NCBI GenBank assembly: GCA_963700635.1
Contig: CAVOYH010000001.1
Coordinates: 192,001-256,000, forward strand
DNA from: an uncultured Bacteroidota bacterium
Lineage (GTDB): Bacteria > Bacteroidota > Ignavibacteria > UBA10030 > UBA6906
Length of the DNA stretch: 64,000 nucleotides
Direction of reading: 5' to 3'
Of this stretch, positions 10,677 to 20,508 are shown piece by piece. Below the pieces are notes generated by a model that did not search any database, had not been told where the DNA came from, and saw only the letters and a program-made list of their open reading frames with translations. Both the position numbers and the translations under genes were made by a program. Each line of letters begins with the position of its first letter. The first letter of the stretch is position 1.

Positions 10677-12386
10677 ATGAAACCAGACATTACGCTCAAC
10701 ACCGTCCCGACCATCAACTCCATTCAGGAGATGGTACTGCATTCCGCACGGGTCCATGGTCGGAAACTCGCCATCGAAGACCTCAAAGACACACCGATAC
10801 CCCGTCTGACGTACGCCTCACTGCTCAGTCACGTTCTAAAATTCGGCACGGCGTTGCGGAACCTCGGGCTTCCCGAACGCAGCCACGTTGCCATTATTTC
10901 GGAGAACCGTGTTCAATGGGGGCTGACATATCTGACGTGCATGTGTTTTGACTACGTGGTCGTTCCCATAGACCGGAACCTGACCATCAATGAAATCCTG
11001 AACATTCTGCATGAATCCGACGCTGTGGCGGTGGTGTACTCGGATACGTTTGAACCGATTCTCACGGAACGCAGGATGTCGATGCGAAAGTTGAAGACGT
11101 ACATCAACATGGATCTGCCTGCCGAACATGACGGCTCTCTGTCCATGCTGGAACTTATCGAATCGAGCAACGGCTGCTCGGTGAGTGAGTTGCCGGAGAT
11201 TGATCCTGATCAGAGGGCGGAAATTATTTTCACGTCCGGTTCTCTCGGCCGGGCGAAAGGGGTCATGCTCAGCCAGGGAAATCTCGCAGCGAATCTTGTG
11301 AGTATGGTGCGGATGCTTCTTGTGCTGCCTGATGACCGTTTCCTGTCGGTATTGCCAATGCACCACACCTATGAATGTACGTGCGGGTTGCTCTGTCCCC
11401 TTTATTCAGGCGCATCGGTGCACTATGCGCGGTCACTGAAGACCGTTGTGGACGATCTGCAGGCGTCGCATGCCACCATGTTGCTGGGTGTGCCCTTGCT
11501 CTATGACAAGATGTTCAAGCGTATCCACAAGTCTATTCAGGAACGTAAAGTGGCGTCGATGCTCATCGGTCCCATGGTCAAGGCCAGCAGTTTCCTGGAA
11601 CGGATTGGCTGGAAGAACTGCAAGCGTGCGGTGTTCCGGGAGATCCACGAAAAATTTGGAGGCTCCATACGCATTTTTATTGCCGGAGGGGCGGCGACCG
11701 ATCCCCTCGTGGCAAAGGGGTTGCGCGAATTCGGATTTACGTATCTGCAAGGATACGGGCTGACAGAAACATCACCAATCCTGGCGCTGAACAGGCCCGA
11801 TGCATTCAAAGACGATGCGGCAGGACTCCCGCTGCCCGGTGTCACATTGCGGATCAACAATCCCAATGCGGACGGCGTCGGGGAAGTGTGGGCCAAAGGG
11901 GCGAACGTAATGCTTGGCTACTACAAGAATGAACAGCTCACACGTGAGGCGTTCGAGGGTGAGTGGTTCAAGACCGGAGATCTCGGGTACCGGGATGAGG
12001 ATGATTTTCTCCATATCAGCGGCAGACAAAAGAACGTGATCATCTCACGCAGTGGCGAAAATGTCTATCCGGAAGAACTTGAAGATCGTCTGAAACGGAG
12101 CAGCTTCGTGCTGGAGTCGATGGTGTACGGAGAGCCGGACGCAAAGCAGGATGAGATTATCGCAGCGCTTGTCGTTCCCGACGCGGAGGCGTTTATCGAG
12201 CTCTCGGAAACGCAGGGTGTCGAGATCACGGAGGCACTCATGAAAAAGATCATCGGCGACGAAGTTGCGAAGGTGAACAACGAAGTGACGCCATTCAAGC
12301 AGATCCGGAAATTCTATCTCCGGGATCACGAATTTGAAAAGACAACCACCCAGAAAGTGAAACGGTATCTGGTGAAGAAGCGGTGA
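10677..12386 (+). CDS. long-chain fatty acid-CoA ligase (AMP-binding)
   Basis: IFTSGSLGRAKGV, QGYGLTETSP, FKTGDLG and GENVYPEE motifs. Confidence 0.88.
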   Translation: MKPDITLNTVPTINSIQEMVLHSARVHGRKLAIEDLKDTPIPRLTYASLLSHVLKFGTALRNLGLPERSHVAIISENRVQWGLTYLTCMCFDYVVVPIDRNLTINEILNILHESDAVAVVYSDTFEPILTERRMSMRKLKTYINMDLPAEHDGSLSMLELIESSNGCSVSELPEIDPDQRAEIIFTSGSLGRAKGVMLSQGNLAANLVSMVRMLLVLPDDRFLSVLPMHHTYECTCGLLCPLYSGASVHYARSLKTVVDDLQASHATMLLGVPLLYDKMFKRIHKSIQERKVASMLIGPMVKASSFLERIGWKNCKRAVFREIHEKFGGSIRIFIAGGAATDPLVAKGLREFGFTYLQGYGLTETSPILALNRPDAFKDDAAGLPLPGVTLRINNPNADGVGEVWAKGANVMLGYYKNEQLTREAFEGEWFKTGDLGYRDEDDFLHISGRQKNVIISRSGENVYPEELEDRLKRSSFVLESMVYGEPDAKQDEIIAALVVPDAEAFIELSETQGVEITEALMKKIIGDEVAKVNNEVTPFKQIRKFYLRDHEFEKTTTQKVKRYLVKKR

Positions 12387-12492
12387 TGTAGGGCTTTGGA
12401 CATATGTCCGAAAATGTACCGATTTCCATACATCGGCGACACCCTCACCCGTATCGGGACATGATTTCTGAGCTTTTTCCCGCGCTCCCTCA

Positions 12493-12508
12493 TGGCGTGA
12501 TTTTTGCA
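12493..12508 (+). promoter_or_regulatory. sigma54 (-24/-12) promoter
   Basis: TGGCGTGATTTTTGCA with exact GG-N10-GC spacing. TGT-N10-ACA lies upstream at 12387-12402. Confidence 0.65.
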
Positions 12509-12569
12509 TAAGTAAGCGGGAGTCATCACCCCATCGGGTGGTGCACAACAATAGCCGGGGACAGAAGCC

Positions 12570-12800
12570 ATGACAAGTAACAGTGTGGCGAGTGGTGCAG
12601 TCCAGGTGCTCGCCGGAGTGCCGCCTGAGCGTGTGTCGGAACACACCACGGTGAGGACCGTGAAGGCGCAGTTGCCGGAACGAAAGCCGGAAGATGCACG
12701 TCTGCATGAACCCGCGCCCCACATACCCGTGCAGGTCTACAACAGTCACGGCGAGGTGATCCCCAGTCCGAGCAGTCCGGAAACGGACTTTACCGCCTGA
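12570..12800 (+). CDS. small hypothetical protein (76 aa)
   Basis: Fills the intergenic gap between a sigma54 promoter and a GC hairpin, with a GGGGA SD-like run upstream. No family recognised. Confidence 0.55.
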   Translation: MTSNSVASGAVQVLAGVPPERVSEHTTVRTVKAQLPERKPEDARLHEPAPHIPVQVYNSHGEVIPSPSSPETDFTA

Positions 12801-12818
12801 CCGGCGGTATACGAGCAA

Positions 12819-12851
12819 CGCGGCGGCCCTGGATGGCCGCCGCGACTATTT
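12819..12851 (+). terminator. GC-rich hairpin, probable terminator
   Basis: CGCGGCGGCC-N6-GGCCGCCGCG followed by ACTATTT (weak U-tract). Confidence 0.5.
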
Positions 12852-12888
12852 GGCACGCCTGCCTGCACAGCCCGCTCCTCAGGTTGAG

Positions 12889-12917
12889 TTGACATTTCTT
12901 TGCATTCTCATTATATT
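12889..12917 (+). promoter_or_regulatory. sigma70 promoter of nuo operon
   Basis: TTGACA-N17-TATATT, 74 nt upstream of nuoA. Confidence 0.7.
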
Positions 12918-12991
12918 GTGCTACGTTTCTTGACACACGTCGTACATCTCACAAAACCTTCTCACCTGGTGGTTTCCGGAGATCCCGATTC

Positions 12992-13429
12992 ATGCTCACC
13001 GAGTTTGGTCGCGTCCTGCTCTTTATCCTTGTAGGAGTAGTGTTTGTGGCGATCGGTCTGGTGGTGGCCTGGCTCCTGCGGCCGCACCGGCCTTATCCCA
13101 GCAAGCACACGACGTACGAGTGTGGTGAAAGCCCGCTCGGCGACACCCGCATCCGCATTAATGTCCGCTTCTACGTCATCGCGCTGATCTTCCTTATTTT
13201 TGACGTGGAGGTGGTCTTTCTTTTTCCATGGGCGCTCGTCTATGGTAACCTCGGGTGGTTTGCCTTTATTGAAATGCTTGTGTTCCTGGCGATTCTCCTT
13301 GTAGGGTATGCCTACGTGTGGAGGAAGGGAGACCTCGACTGGGATCGACCCGCACCGAATGTTCCCCGGTATGAACGCGGCTACGGCGTCCGCGAAACGC
13401 CCCTCACTGAAGAAGAACTCGCTGTATAA
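12992..13429 (+). CDS. nuoA: NADH-quinone oxidoreductase subunit A
   Basis: [20 protein letters not shown] and KGDLDW motifs. Confidence 0.95.
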   Translation: MLTEFGRVLLFILVGVVFVAIGLVVAWLLRPHRPYPSKHTTYECGESPLGDTRIRINVRFYVIALIFLIFDVEVVFLFPWALVYGNLGWFAFIEMLVFLAILLVGYAYVWRKGDLDWDRPAPNVPRYERGYGVRETPLTEEELAV

Positions 13430-13439
13430 CAGGAATACG

Positions 13440-13955
13440 ATGGGACTGCTGGATCAACGCTTCGAAAACGGAAACATACTTCTCACATCCGTTGACGGTC
13501 TGCTGGCCTGGGCCCGTCTCTCTTCAATCTGGCCTATGCAATTCGGACTTGCCTGCTGCGCGATCGAGATGATGGCGACCGGCGCATCCCACTATGATCT
13601 CGACCGGTTCGGCACGTTCTTCCGCGGATCACCCCGGCAGTCGGATGCCATGATTGTGGCTGGAACGGTGACCCTGAAGATGGCCACGCGGATCAAGACC
13701 CTCTATGACCAAATGGCTGAACCCCGGTACGTGATCTCCATGGGGAGTTGCTCAAACTGCGGCGGACCGTACTGGGAACACGGGTATCATGTTTTGAAAG
13801 GTGTGGATCGGATTATTCCCGTGGATGTGTACATACCCGGATGTCCTCCCAGACCGGAAGCCCTGCTGGAAGGTCTCCTGAAGCTGAAAGAGAAGATCCG
13901 TGAGGAACGCCTCATCATGAAACCAGCCGCATACCATACAGCCCAGAACACGTAA
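13440..13955 (+). CDS. nuoB: NADH-quinone oxidoreductase subunit B
   Basis: [16 protein letters not shown] and [13 protein letters not shown] motifs. ATG 13440 follows AGGA. Confidence 0.95.
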   Translation: MGLLDQRFENGNILLTSVDGLLAWARLSSIWPMQFGLACCAIEMMATGASHYDLDRFGTFFRGSPRQSDAMIVAGTVTLKMATRIKTLYDQMAEPRYVISMGSCSNCGGPYWEHGYHVLKGVDRIIPVDVYIPGCPPRPEALLEGLLKLKEKIREERLIMKPAAYHTAQNT

Positions 13956-13967
13956 GACCCAGAGATC

Positions 13968-14447
13968 ATGATAGCACAAGAACTGTACGACCTCCTGAAG
14001 ACCACGTTTGGCGAGGCAATTCTCGAGGCGAAACTCGAGGGTGTATTCGATCCTTGGGTGACGATCGCCCCTGATCGCATGCACGAGGTCGCTCGTTTCC
14101 TCCGCGACGATGACCGGACGCACTTCGACTGCCTGATGTGTCTGAGCGGCGTGGATATGACGAAAGAAATGCTGGCCGTGGTGTACCATCTCCACTCGAT
14201 GAAGAGGGGCCACAAACTCGTCCTCAAAGCGCTCGTTTCGGTGACACATCCGCATGTACAATCGGTGGCTTCCATATGGAGGACAGCGGACTGGCATGAG
14301 CGCGAGGCGTATGATATGTACGGCATTGTGTTCGATGGACATCCGGACCTGCGCCGCATCCTGATGCCGGATGACTGGGAGGGTTTCCCGCTGCGGAAGG
14401 ATTATCAGGTTCCCGAGTTCTATAATGGCATGAAAGTACCGTACTGA
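13968..14447 (+). CDS. nuoC: NADH-quinone oxidoreductase subunit C
   Basis: WHEREAYDMYGI, GHPDLRRIL and PLRKDY motifs. Confidence 0.95.
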   Translation: MIAQELYDLLKTTFGEAILEAKLEGVFDPWVTIAPDRMHEVARFLRDDDRTHFDCLMCLSGVDMTKEMLAVVYHLHSMKRGHKLVLKALVSVTHPHVQSVASIWRTADWHEREAYDMYGIVFDGHPDLRRILMPDDWEGFPLRKDYQVPEFYNGMKVPY

Positions 14448-15628
14448 TGCAAGTCAGCCTGACTGAAGTCGAAAAGGGACGTCGTCCCCCGACCATTCCC
14501 GGACTGGGACGCCCCCTCCGGGCGGAAGAAATGGTCATCAGCATGGGGCCGCAACATCCATCAACCCACGGCGTGCTTCGTCTGGAACTTGTGGTTGATG
14601 GTGAAGTTGTGGTTGACGTCATCCCGCACATCGGTTACCTCCACCGGTGCTTTGAAAAGCACTGCGAGCACATGGCAAACTATCAGCAGGTCATACCGTA
14701 CGTTGACCGGATAGATTATGTTGCGGCGATGAACGCTGAGTTCGGTTATGTGGTCGCCATGGAAAAGCTGCTGAAGATCCAGGTGCCGGACCGTGTGGAA
14801 TACATCCGCGTGATCATGGCGGAATTTTCCCGGATCATCAGTCACCTGATTGCGATCGGCACCTACGGGCTGGATATCGGAGCTTTTACGCCGTTTCTTT
14901 TCTGTATGCGCGACCGGGAACACGTGCTGGATATCATCGAAGAAACCTGCGGGGCGCGGCTCCTCTATAATTATATGTGGGTCGGCGGCCTTTCGCACGA
15001 CGTACAGCCTTCATTCCAGAAAAAGGTGCGCGAGTTCTGCACGTACTTCAAACCCAAAATCGTTGAGCTGAATAACCTGCTCTCGTTCAACAAGATTTTT
15101 ATCGAGCGGACCGCCAACGTGGGCGTCCTGCCAGGTGATGTCGCGGTGAATTATGGTGCAAGTGGACCGGTTCTGCGGGGCTCCGGAGTGAAGTGGGATC
15201 TGCGCAAGGATGACCCGTATTCCATCTATGACCGGTTCACGTTCGAAATCCCCGTGGGGAAGGGTGAGAAGGGGGAAGTGGGGGACTGCTGGGATCGGTA
15301 TATGGTCCGGGTCTATGAGATGGAGCAAAGCGTCAATATCATCGAACAGGCCGTGGAACAGCTGCCCGAAGGGGATGTACAATCGGCGATTCCAAAACGT
15401 ATAAGGCCCGACCCGGGGGAAGTGTATGTGCGCACCGAAACGCCGAAGGGAGAGCTTGGCTATTACATTATTTCCGATGGCACCGCGAGTCCATCGCGCA
15501 TCAAGGTGCGGCCGCCGTGTTTTGTCAACCTGTCTGCATTGCCGGCAATGTGCCGCGGTGCGATGATCTCCGATGTGGTGGCGATCCTCGGCAGTATCGA
15601 TATTGTTCTTGGTGAAGTGGACCGATAA
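14447..15628 (+). CDS. nuoD: NADH-quinone oxidoreductase subunit D
   Basis: GPQHPSTHGVLRL, GYLHR and C-terminal GEVDR; no NiFe-binding CxxC. Confidence 0.95.
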   Translation: MQVSLTEVEKGRRPPTIPGLGRPLRAEEMVISMGPQHPSTHGVLRLELVVDGEVVVDVIPHIGYLHRCFEKHCEHMANYQQVIPYVDRIDYVAAMNAEFGYVVAMEKLLKIQVPDRVEYIRVIMAEFSRIISHLIAIGTYGLDIGAFTPFLFCMRDREHVLDIIEETCGARLLYNYMWVGGLSHDVQPSFQKKVREFCTYFKPKIVELNNLLSFNKIFIERTANVGVLPGDVAVNYGASGPVLRGSGVKWDLRKDDPYSIYDRFTFEIPVGKGEKGEVGDCWDRYMVRVYEMEQSVNIIEQAVEQLPEGDVQSAIPKRIRPDPGEVYVRTETPKGELGYYIISDGTASPSRIKVRPPCFVNLSALPAMCRGAMISDVVAILGSIDIVLGEVDR

Positions 15629-15640
15629 CCCGAAACGATT

Positions 15641-16669
15641 ATGAAAAACGTCCTTCTTGATCTCCTGAGCAACGAGGTGCTCGTGTATACCCTGATGGCC
15701 TTCGTGCCGCTCGTCTGGGTGATTCCATTCGCCCTGTTTGCCGTCTGGTGGGAGCGCAAGATTTCCGCGCACATGCAGGATCGCCTTGGCCCGATGTTCA
15801 CCGGTGGCTGGCATGGTTGGGCACAGACGATTGCTGACATTCTCAAGCTCATCCAGAAAGAGGATATCATCCCGGCCGCGGCGGACAAAAAGCTGTTTAA
15901 GCTGGCCCCGTATGTGGTCTTTGCCGGGTCATATGCCGCGTATGCAGCAATACCGTTCAGTGCGGCATATATCGGAGCGGAGATCAATATCGGATTGTTC
16001 TATGTCATCTCGATCTCTTCCCTGGTGGTGGTCGGCCTCCTGATGGCAGGATGGGCATCGAACAACAAATGGTCCCTGTACGGGGCACTACGGTCTGCGG
16101 CCCAGATTATCAGCTATGAAATCCCTGTCGCGCTCTCCATCCTTGCCGTGGTTATGGTGGTCGGGACGTTTGACCTTCAGGAAATCAACCGCCTGCAGAC
16201 CGGCCCTATCTGGCACTGGCTGGTATTTCAGAAGTTCCCGTTGCTGCTGTTCGCCTCGCTGATCTATTTTATAGCCTCCCTTGCCGAAGTGAACCGTACA
16301 CCCTTTGATCTTCCCGAGGCGGAATCGGAACTCGTCGGTGGTTACCATACAGAATACGGTGGAATGCGTTTTGCATTGCTCTTCCTTTCTGAATATGCAA
16401 ACATGTTCGCTGTCAGCGCCATTGCAGTGACGCTCTTTTTCGGCGGTTGGAACAGCCCGTTTGGCGACTTCCTCTCCGGAGCGTGGTGGGGAGTGTTCTG
16501 GTTTTTAAGTAAAGGGATGGTGGTTATTTTTGTGCAGATGTGGCTGCGGTGGACCCTGCCGCGGCTTCGTGTTGACCAACTGATGTACGTCGGATGGAAG
16601 GTGTTGATACCCTTCTCCTTTGTCCTCATCCTGGGTATTGGTGCCTGGGTGCTGGCTGCCGGACAATAG
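15641..16669 (+). CDS. nuoH: NADH-quinone oxidoreductase subunit H
   Basis: [28 protein letters not shown] and PRLRVDQ motifs. Confidence 0.95.
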   Translation: MKNVLLDLLSNEVLVYTLMAFVPLVWVIPFALFAVWWERKISAHMQDRLGPMFTGGWHGWAQTIADILKLIQKEDIIPAAADKKLFKLAPYVVFAGSYAAYAAIPFSAAYIGAEINIGLFYVISISSLVVVGLLMAGWASNNKWSLYGALRSAAQIISYEIPVALSILAVVMVVGTFDLQEINRLQTGPIWHWLVFQKFPLLLFASLIYFIASLAEVNRTPFDLPEAESELVGGYHTEYGGMRFALLFLSEYANMFAVSAIAVTLFFGGWNSPFGDFLSGAWWGVFWFLSKGMVVIFVQMWLRWTLPRLRVDQLMYVGWKVLIPFSFVLILGIGAWVLAAGQ

Positions 16670-16732
16670 CTGACGAGCGGCGGGTTCTCGGTGTATGCCC
16701 GCCTACCATGTGCAACGAACGGACCTGAAGTA

Positions 16733-17494
16733 ATGAGCAGGTATTTCCGCAATATCTGGGACGGCTTTTTCACTGTCCTTATCGGTATGAAGATCACCTG
16801 GGCGCATCTTTTTACGCGTTCCGTCACCATACAATACCCGACCGTCAAAGTAAAACTCCCGGATCGCGCGCGTAACCGGTTGTACGTGAACATGGATGAT
16901 TGTATCGGGTGCGATCAGTGTGCCATGGCGTGTCCCGTCAACTGCATCACGATCGAGACGATAAAGTCGACGCCGGATGTGGACCTCGGGTTAACATCGG
17001 TGGGGACGAAGAAACGTTTGTATGTGCCGCAGTTTGACATTGATATTGCCAAGTGCTGTTACTGCGGTTTATGCGTGTATCCCTGCCCGACCGAATGTAT
17101 CTACATGACGGATGTGTACGAGTTTTCCGAGTTTGACCGTCGGAGTCTGATCTATAATTTTGCGGTGATGTCCCCCTCGGAAATTGACGGAGCAAAATCG
17201 CGTCTTGCGGTGTACGACAAGGAACAGGCAGCCAAAAAAGCGGCTGCAGCGGCTGCTAAAGCTGCTGCACCGGCCCCTGCCACCGCTCCTGCGACAGCGA
17301 CAAAACCTGCGGCCGCTCCGGCGTCAGCTCAAGCGCCCGGCGGAGCCCCCGGGGCAACGCCGGCTTCAGAGCCGAAGCCGCAGACACCATCGGGGCCGGT
17401 GGCCGGTCCGGGAACACCCCCGGGACCTGCACACAACCCCGCAGCACCGGCTGTGCCGCCTCCAGCCCCACCACACAAAGAGAGTGAATCCTGA
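16733..17494 (+). CDS. nuoI: NADH-quinone oxidoreductase subunit I with Pro/Ala-rich tail
   Basis: Two CxxCxxCxxxCP clusters and TIQYP; ATG at 16733. Confidence 0.93.
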   Translation: MSRYFRNIWDGFFTVLIGMKITWAHLFTRSVTIQYPTVKVKLPDRARNRLYVNMDDCIGCDQCAMACPVNCITIETIKSTPDVDLGLTSVGTKKRLYVPQFDIDIAKCCYCGLCVYPCPTECIYMTDVYEFSEFDRRSLIYNFAVMSPSEIDGAKSRLAVYDKEQAAKKAAAAAAKAAAPAPATAPATATKPAAAPASAQAPGGAPGATPASEPKPQTPSGPVAGPGTPPGPAHNPAAPAVPPPAPPHKESES

Positions 17495-17499
17495 TTCCT

Positions 17500-18003
17500 A
17501 TGGACACGTTCGACATAGTCTTTTACGCATTCGCTGCCATCACCGTCGTCTCTGCGTTCGTCGTGGTGTTTTCCCGCAACATCATGTACGCGGCGTTCGC
17601 ACTCCTGTTCACATTCTTCGGAGTGGCAGGACTGTATATCCTGCTGCAGGCGGACTTCCTGGCGGTCACACAGGTGCTCATCTATGTTGGCGGCATCCTC
17701 GTGCTTCTGATGTTCGGGGTGATGTTGACCAATAATGTCGTAAGCGTTGACATCAAGACGGGGAGTATTCATACAATTCCCGCAATGATCCTGGCAGCCA
17801 TCGTGTTTGGGTCTCTGGCTGCCGTGTTCTATGCCACGTGGAGTCATGTCGCTGAGCCGCCCGCAACGGCGACCACGACGACCAGGGCCATCGGCGAACT
17901 CCTTTTAACCAGTTATGTGCTGCCGTTTGAAGTGGCTTCGGTGGTACTGCTGGCGGCTCTGGTCGGCGCTGCATTCCTGGCACGACGGACCCGAAAACAG
18001 TAA
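17500..18003 (+). CDS. nuoJ: NADH-quinone oxidoreductase subunit J
   Basis: QVLIYVGGILVL and LPFEVAS motifs; operon order. Confidence 0.93.
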   Translation: MDTFDIVFYAFAAITVVSAFVVVFSRNIMYAAFALLFTFFGVAGLYILLQADFLAVTQVLIYVGGILVLLMFGVMLTNNVVSVDIKTGSIHTIPAMILAAIVFGSLAAVFYATWSHVAEPPATATTTTRAIGELLLTSYVLPFEVASVVLLAALVGAAFLARRTRKQ

Positions 18004-18018
18004 TCTGGACGGACTCTT

Positions 18019-18366
18019 ATGGATGCACCTTCTTTATCCGAAGTGTTTGCGTGGCTGCCAAACGTGCAACTCGCACACTTTCTTATTGTCAGCGCGATTC
18101 TGTTCGCCCTCGGCCTCTACGGTATCGTCACGCGGCGTAACGCTATCCTTGTGCTCATGGGGGTCGAACTTGTGCTTAATGCCGCAAACCTGAATTTGAT
18201 TGCGTTTTCTCGGTATGGCGGCCTGAACCTTGACGGCCAGGTCGCGGCTGTGTTTGTCATCATCCTGGCTGCGGCCGAAGCCGCAGTCGCCCTTGCCATC
18301 GTTCTGAACATTTACAGCCGGTTCCAAACGGTGAACGTGGACGAAGTAAGTTCCCTGAAAGAATGA
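18019..18366 (+). CDS. nuoK: NADH-quinone oxidoreductase subunit K
   Basis: RRNAILVLMGVELVLN and AAAEAAVAL motifs. Confidence 0.93.
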   Translation: MDAPSLSEVFAWLPNVQLAHFLIVSAILFALGLYGIVTRRNAILVLMGVELVLNAANLNLIAFSRYGGLNLDGQVAAVFVIILAAAEAAVALAIVLNIYSRFQTVNVDEVSSLKE

Positions 18367-18396
18367 TACAAGAAGAAGGAAGAAGGAAAAATTCTG

Positions 18397-20469
18397 ATGT
18401 CTTCTGAGACGTTGATACTCCTTTCCCTCGCCGTACTCCTGCTTCCCCTCGCGGGGTTCGTGCTGATGATGTTTTTCGGCAAGAAACTGCCGCGCCAGGG
18501 TGATTGGCTGGAGACCGGCCTCAGCACGATCGCGCTCGGACTCGCCCTGGTTGTCCTCTATCAGAAGCTTACCACAATGCCCGGGGAGGTCGCTTCTCTG
18601 AACTTCCCGTGGGTGAACTTCCACAACATCTCCGGCATCGGCCCGCTCACGATCGTCCTCGGGTTCAGCGTCGATAATCTTGCCGCAATTACGATGGTTG
18701 TCGTGATGGTGGTCAGTACACTGGTGCACTATTTTTCCATCGGGTACATGAAGGGTGATGTCCGGTATTCGCGTTACTTCGGGTATCTCGGGCTGTTCAC
18801 GTTCTCGATGTTGATGATCGTGCTGGCAAACAATCTCCTGCTGCTGTATGTCGGTTGGGAACTGGTCGGCTTGAGCTCGTATTTGCTGATCGGCCACTGG
18901 TATGAAAAGAAAAGTGCCAGTGATGCCGCCATGAAGGCCTTTATTACAAATCGTATCGGCGATGTGGGATTTTTTATCGGCATGGCCATCCTCTTTACGA
19001 CATTCCACACATTCGGTCTGCAGGAGATTTTTGATGGAATCGGCTCCGGGCAGCTGCCGTACGGGAGTGAAGGATGGCTGACGGCGGCGGGCGTGCTTAT
19101 CTTCTGCGGTGCCATCGGAAAATCCGCCCAGTTCCCCCTCCATGTCTGGCTTCCCGACGCCATGGAAGGCCCGACACCCGTCAGCGCCCTGATCCACGCA
19201 GCTACCATGGTCGCGGCGGGCGTGTATCTGGTGGCGCGCACGTTTCCCCTCATGACAGCCGATGCGCTGATGGTCATTGCGTACATCGGCGTGACGACGG
19301 CCTTCATTTCCGCTACCATCGCGATCGTGCAAAACGATATTAAGAAGGTGCTCGCATATTCCACGATCAGCCAGCTCGGCTATATGGTGATGGCCCTCGG
19401 TGTCGGTGCATACACGGCCGGATTTTTCCACCTCGTGACACATGCCATGTTCAAGGCCGGACTCTTTCTTGGTTCCGGGTCCGTGATTCATGCCATGCAC
19501 CATGCCCTGCATCACCAGCAGGATCACCACACCGATCCGCAGGACATCAGGAACATGGGCGGGTTGCGGGGCCGGATGCCGATCACGTTCTGGACATTTC
19601 TGATCTACACGCTGGCAATATCCGGAGTCCCGCTGACGTCGGGATTTCTGAGCAAGGACGAGATTCTGGCCGGCACGCTGGCCTTCGGAGGCATGACCGG
19701 ACATGTGGTGGTTCCACTTGTCGGGTTCTTTGTGGCAGGTCTCACCGCATTTTATATGTTCCGCATCGTCATCCTGACGTTCCTGGGGGACCACAAGGAT
19801 GCGGGCAGATATGCCCACGTGCATGAATCCCCGTGGGTTATGACCGTGCCCCTGATGATTCTTGCGGCACTGTCGGTCTTCGCTTTCTTCAGCCTGAACC
19901 CGCTGAATGCATCCTCAAGTTGGATCGCATCAGCAGTGGAGCGGCCTGTGTCCGTTGTGCCTGCCTCCGTCGCCGCCCCGGACAGGGAGGTCTTCGGCGA
20001 GGCGCTGCATCATGCGCACGGCACGGCCATGGTTCTCTCGCTGGCTGTGGCCGGCTCTGGCATCCTGCTTGCCTTTGGTATGTATTTCTGGAAACGAATC
20101 AGCGCAGACGCCATCGCCGCGCGGTTCGCACCGGTCCATCGGTTTTTCATGAACAAGTGGGCGTTTGACGATCTGTATGATACGGTCGTTGTGGGCGGCA
20201 CGTTGGCCTGTACACGACTCCTGCGCTGGTTCGACACCATGGTGATTGACGGAGCAGTCAATGGTACAGGCTGGCTCACACGCGGGGCTTCGTTTGTAAG
20301 TGGCAAGTTTGACACGATTGTGGTGGATGGATTGGTAAACCTCACTGCCTACCTTTCGGGATTCGCCGGTCTGGTTCTCCGCAAATTTCAAACCGGGAAG
20401 GTACAATCCTATATCATGTTTGCGGTAGGCAGTATGCTTGTGCTGTACTTCGTATTCCGCATGGTATGA
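18397..20469 (+). CDS. nuoL: NADH-quinone oxidoreductase subunit L
   Basis: GKSAQFPLHVWLPDAMEGPTPVSALIHAATMV and QTGKVQSY motifs. Confidence 0.95.
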   Translation: MSSETLILLSLAVLLLPLAGFVLMMFFGKKLPRQGDWLETGLSTIALGLALVVLYQKLTTMPGEVASLNFPWVNFHNISGIGPLTIVLGFSVDNLAAITMVVVMVVSTLVHYFSIGYMKGDVRYSRYFGYLGLFTFSMLMIVLANNLLLLYVGWELVGLSSYLLIGHWYEKKSASDAAMKAFITNRIGDVGFFIGMAILFTTFHTFGLQEIFDGIGSGQLPYGSEGWLTAAGVLIFCGAIGKSAQFPLHVWLPDAMEGPTPVSALIHAATMVAAGVYLVARTFPLMTADALMVIAYIGVTTAFISATIAIVQNDIKKVLAYSTISQLGYMVMALGVGAYTAGFFHLVTHAMFKAGLFLGSGSVIHAMHHALHHQQDHHTDPQDIRNMGGLRGRMPITFWTFLIYTLAISGVPLTSGFLSKDEILAGTLAFGGMTGHVVVPLVGFFVAGLTAFYMFRIVILTFLGDHKDAGRYAHVHESPWVMTVPLMILAALSVFAFFSLNPLNASSSWIASAVERPVSVVPASVAAPDREVFGEALHHAHGTAMVLSLAVAGSGILLAFGMYFWKRISADAIAARFAPVHRFFMNKWAFDDLYDTVVVGGTLACTRLLRWFDTMVIDGAVNGTGWLTRGASFVSGKFDTIVVDGLVNLTAYLSGFAGLVLRKFQTGKVQSYIMFAVGSMLVLYFVFRMV

Positions 20470-20508
20470 CCATGCAGTAAAGCGTAACTCCTGGAGGATG
20501 GATCGTAC

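Noticed and set aside
12851-12866. TGGCACGCCTGCCTGC as a sigma54 promoter for nuo
   Set aside because: The GC is one base too far from the GG, and a near-consensus sigma70 promoter lies just downstream.
18034-19824. Long antisense ORFs (596 aa here; also 35216-36472, 27926-28993, 53809-54900)
   Set aside because: They shadow well-conserved genes on the other strand, which is expected in GC-rich coding DNA, and show no motifs.
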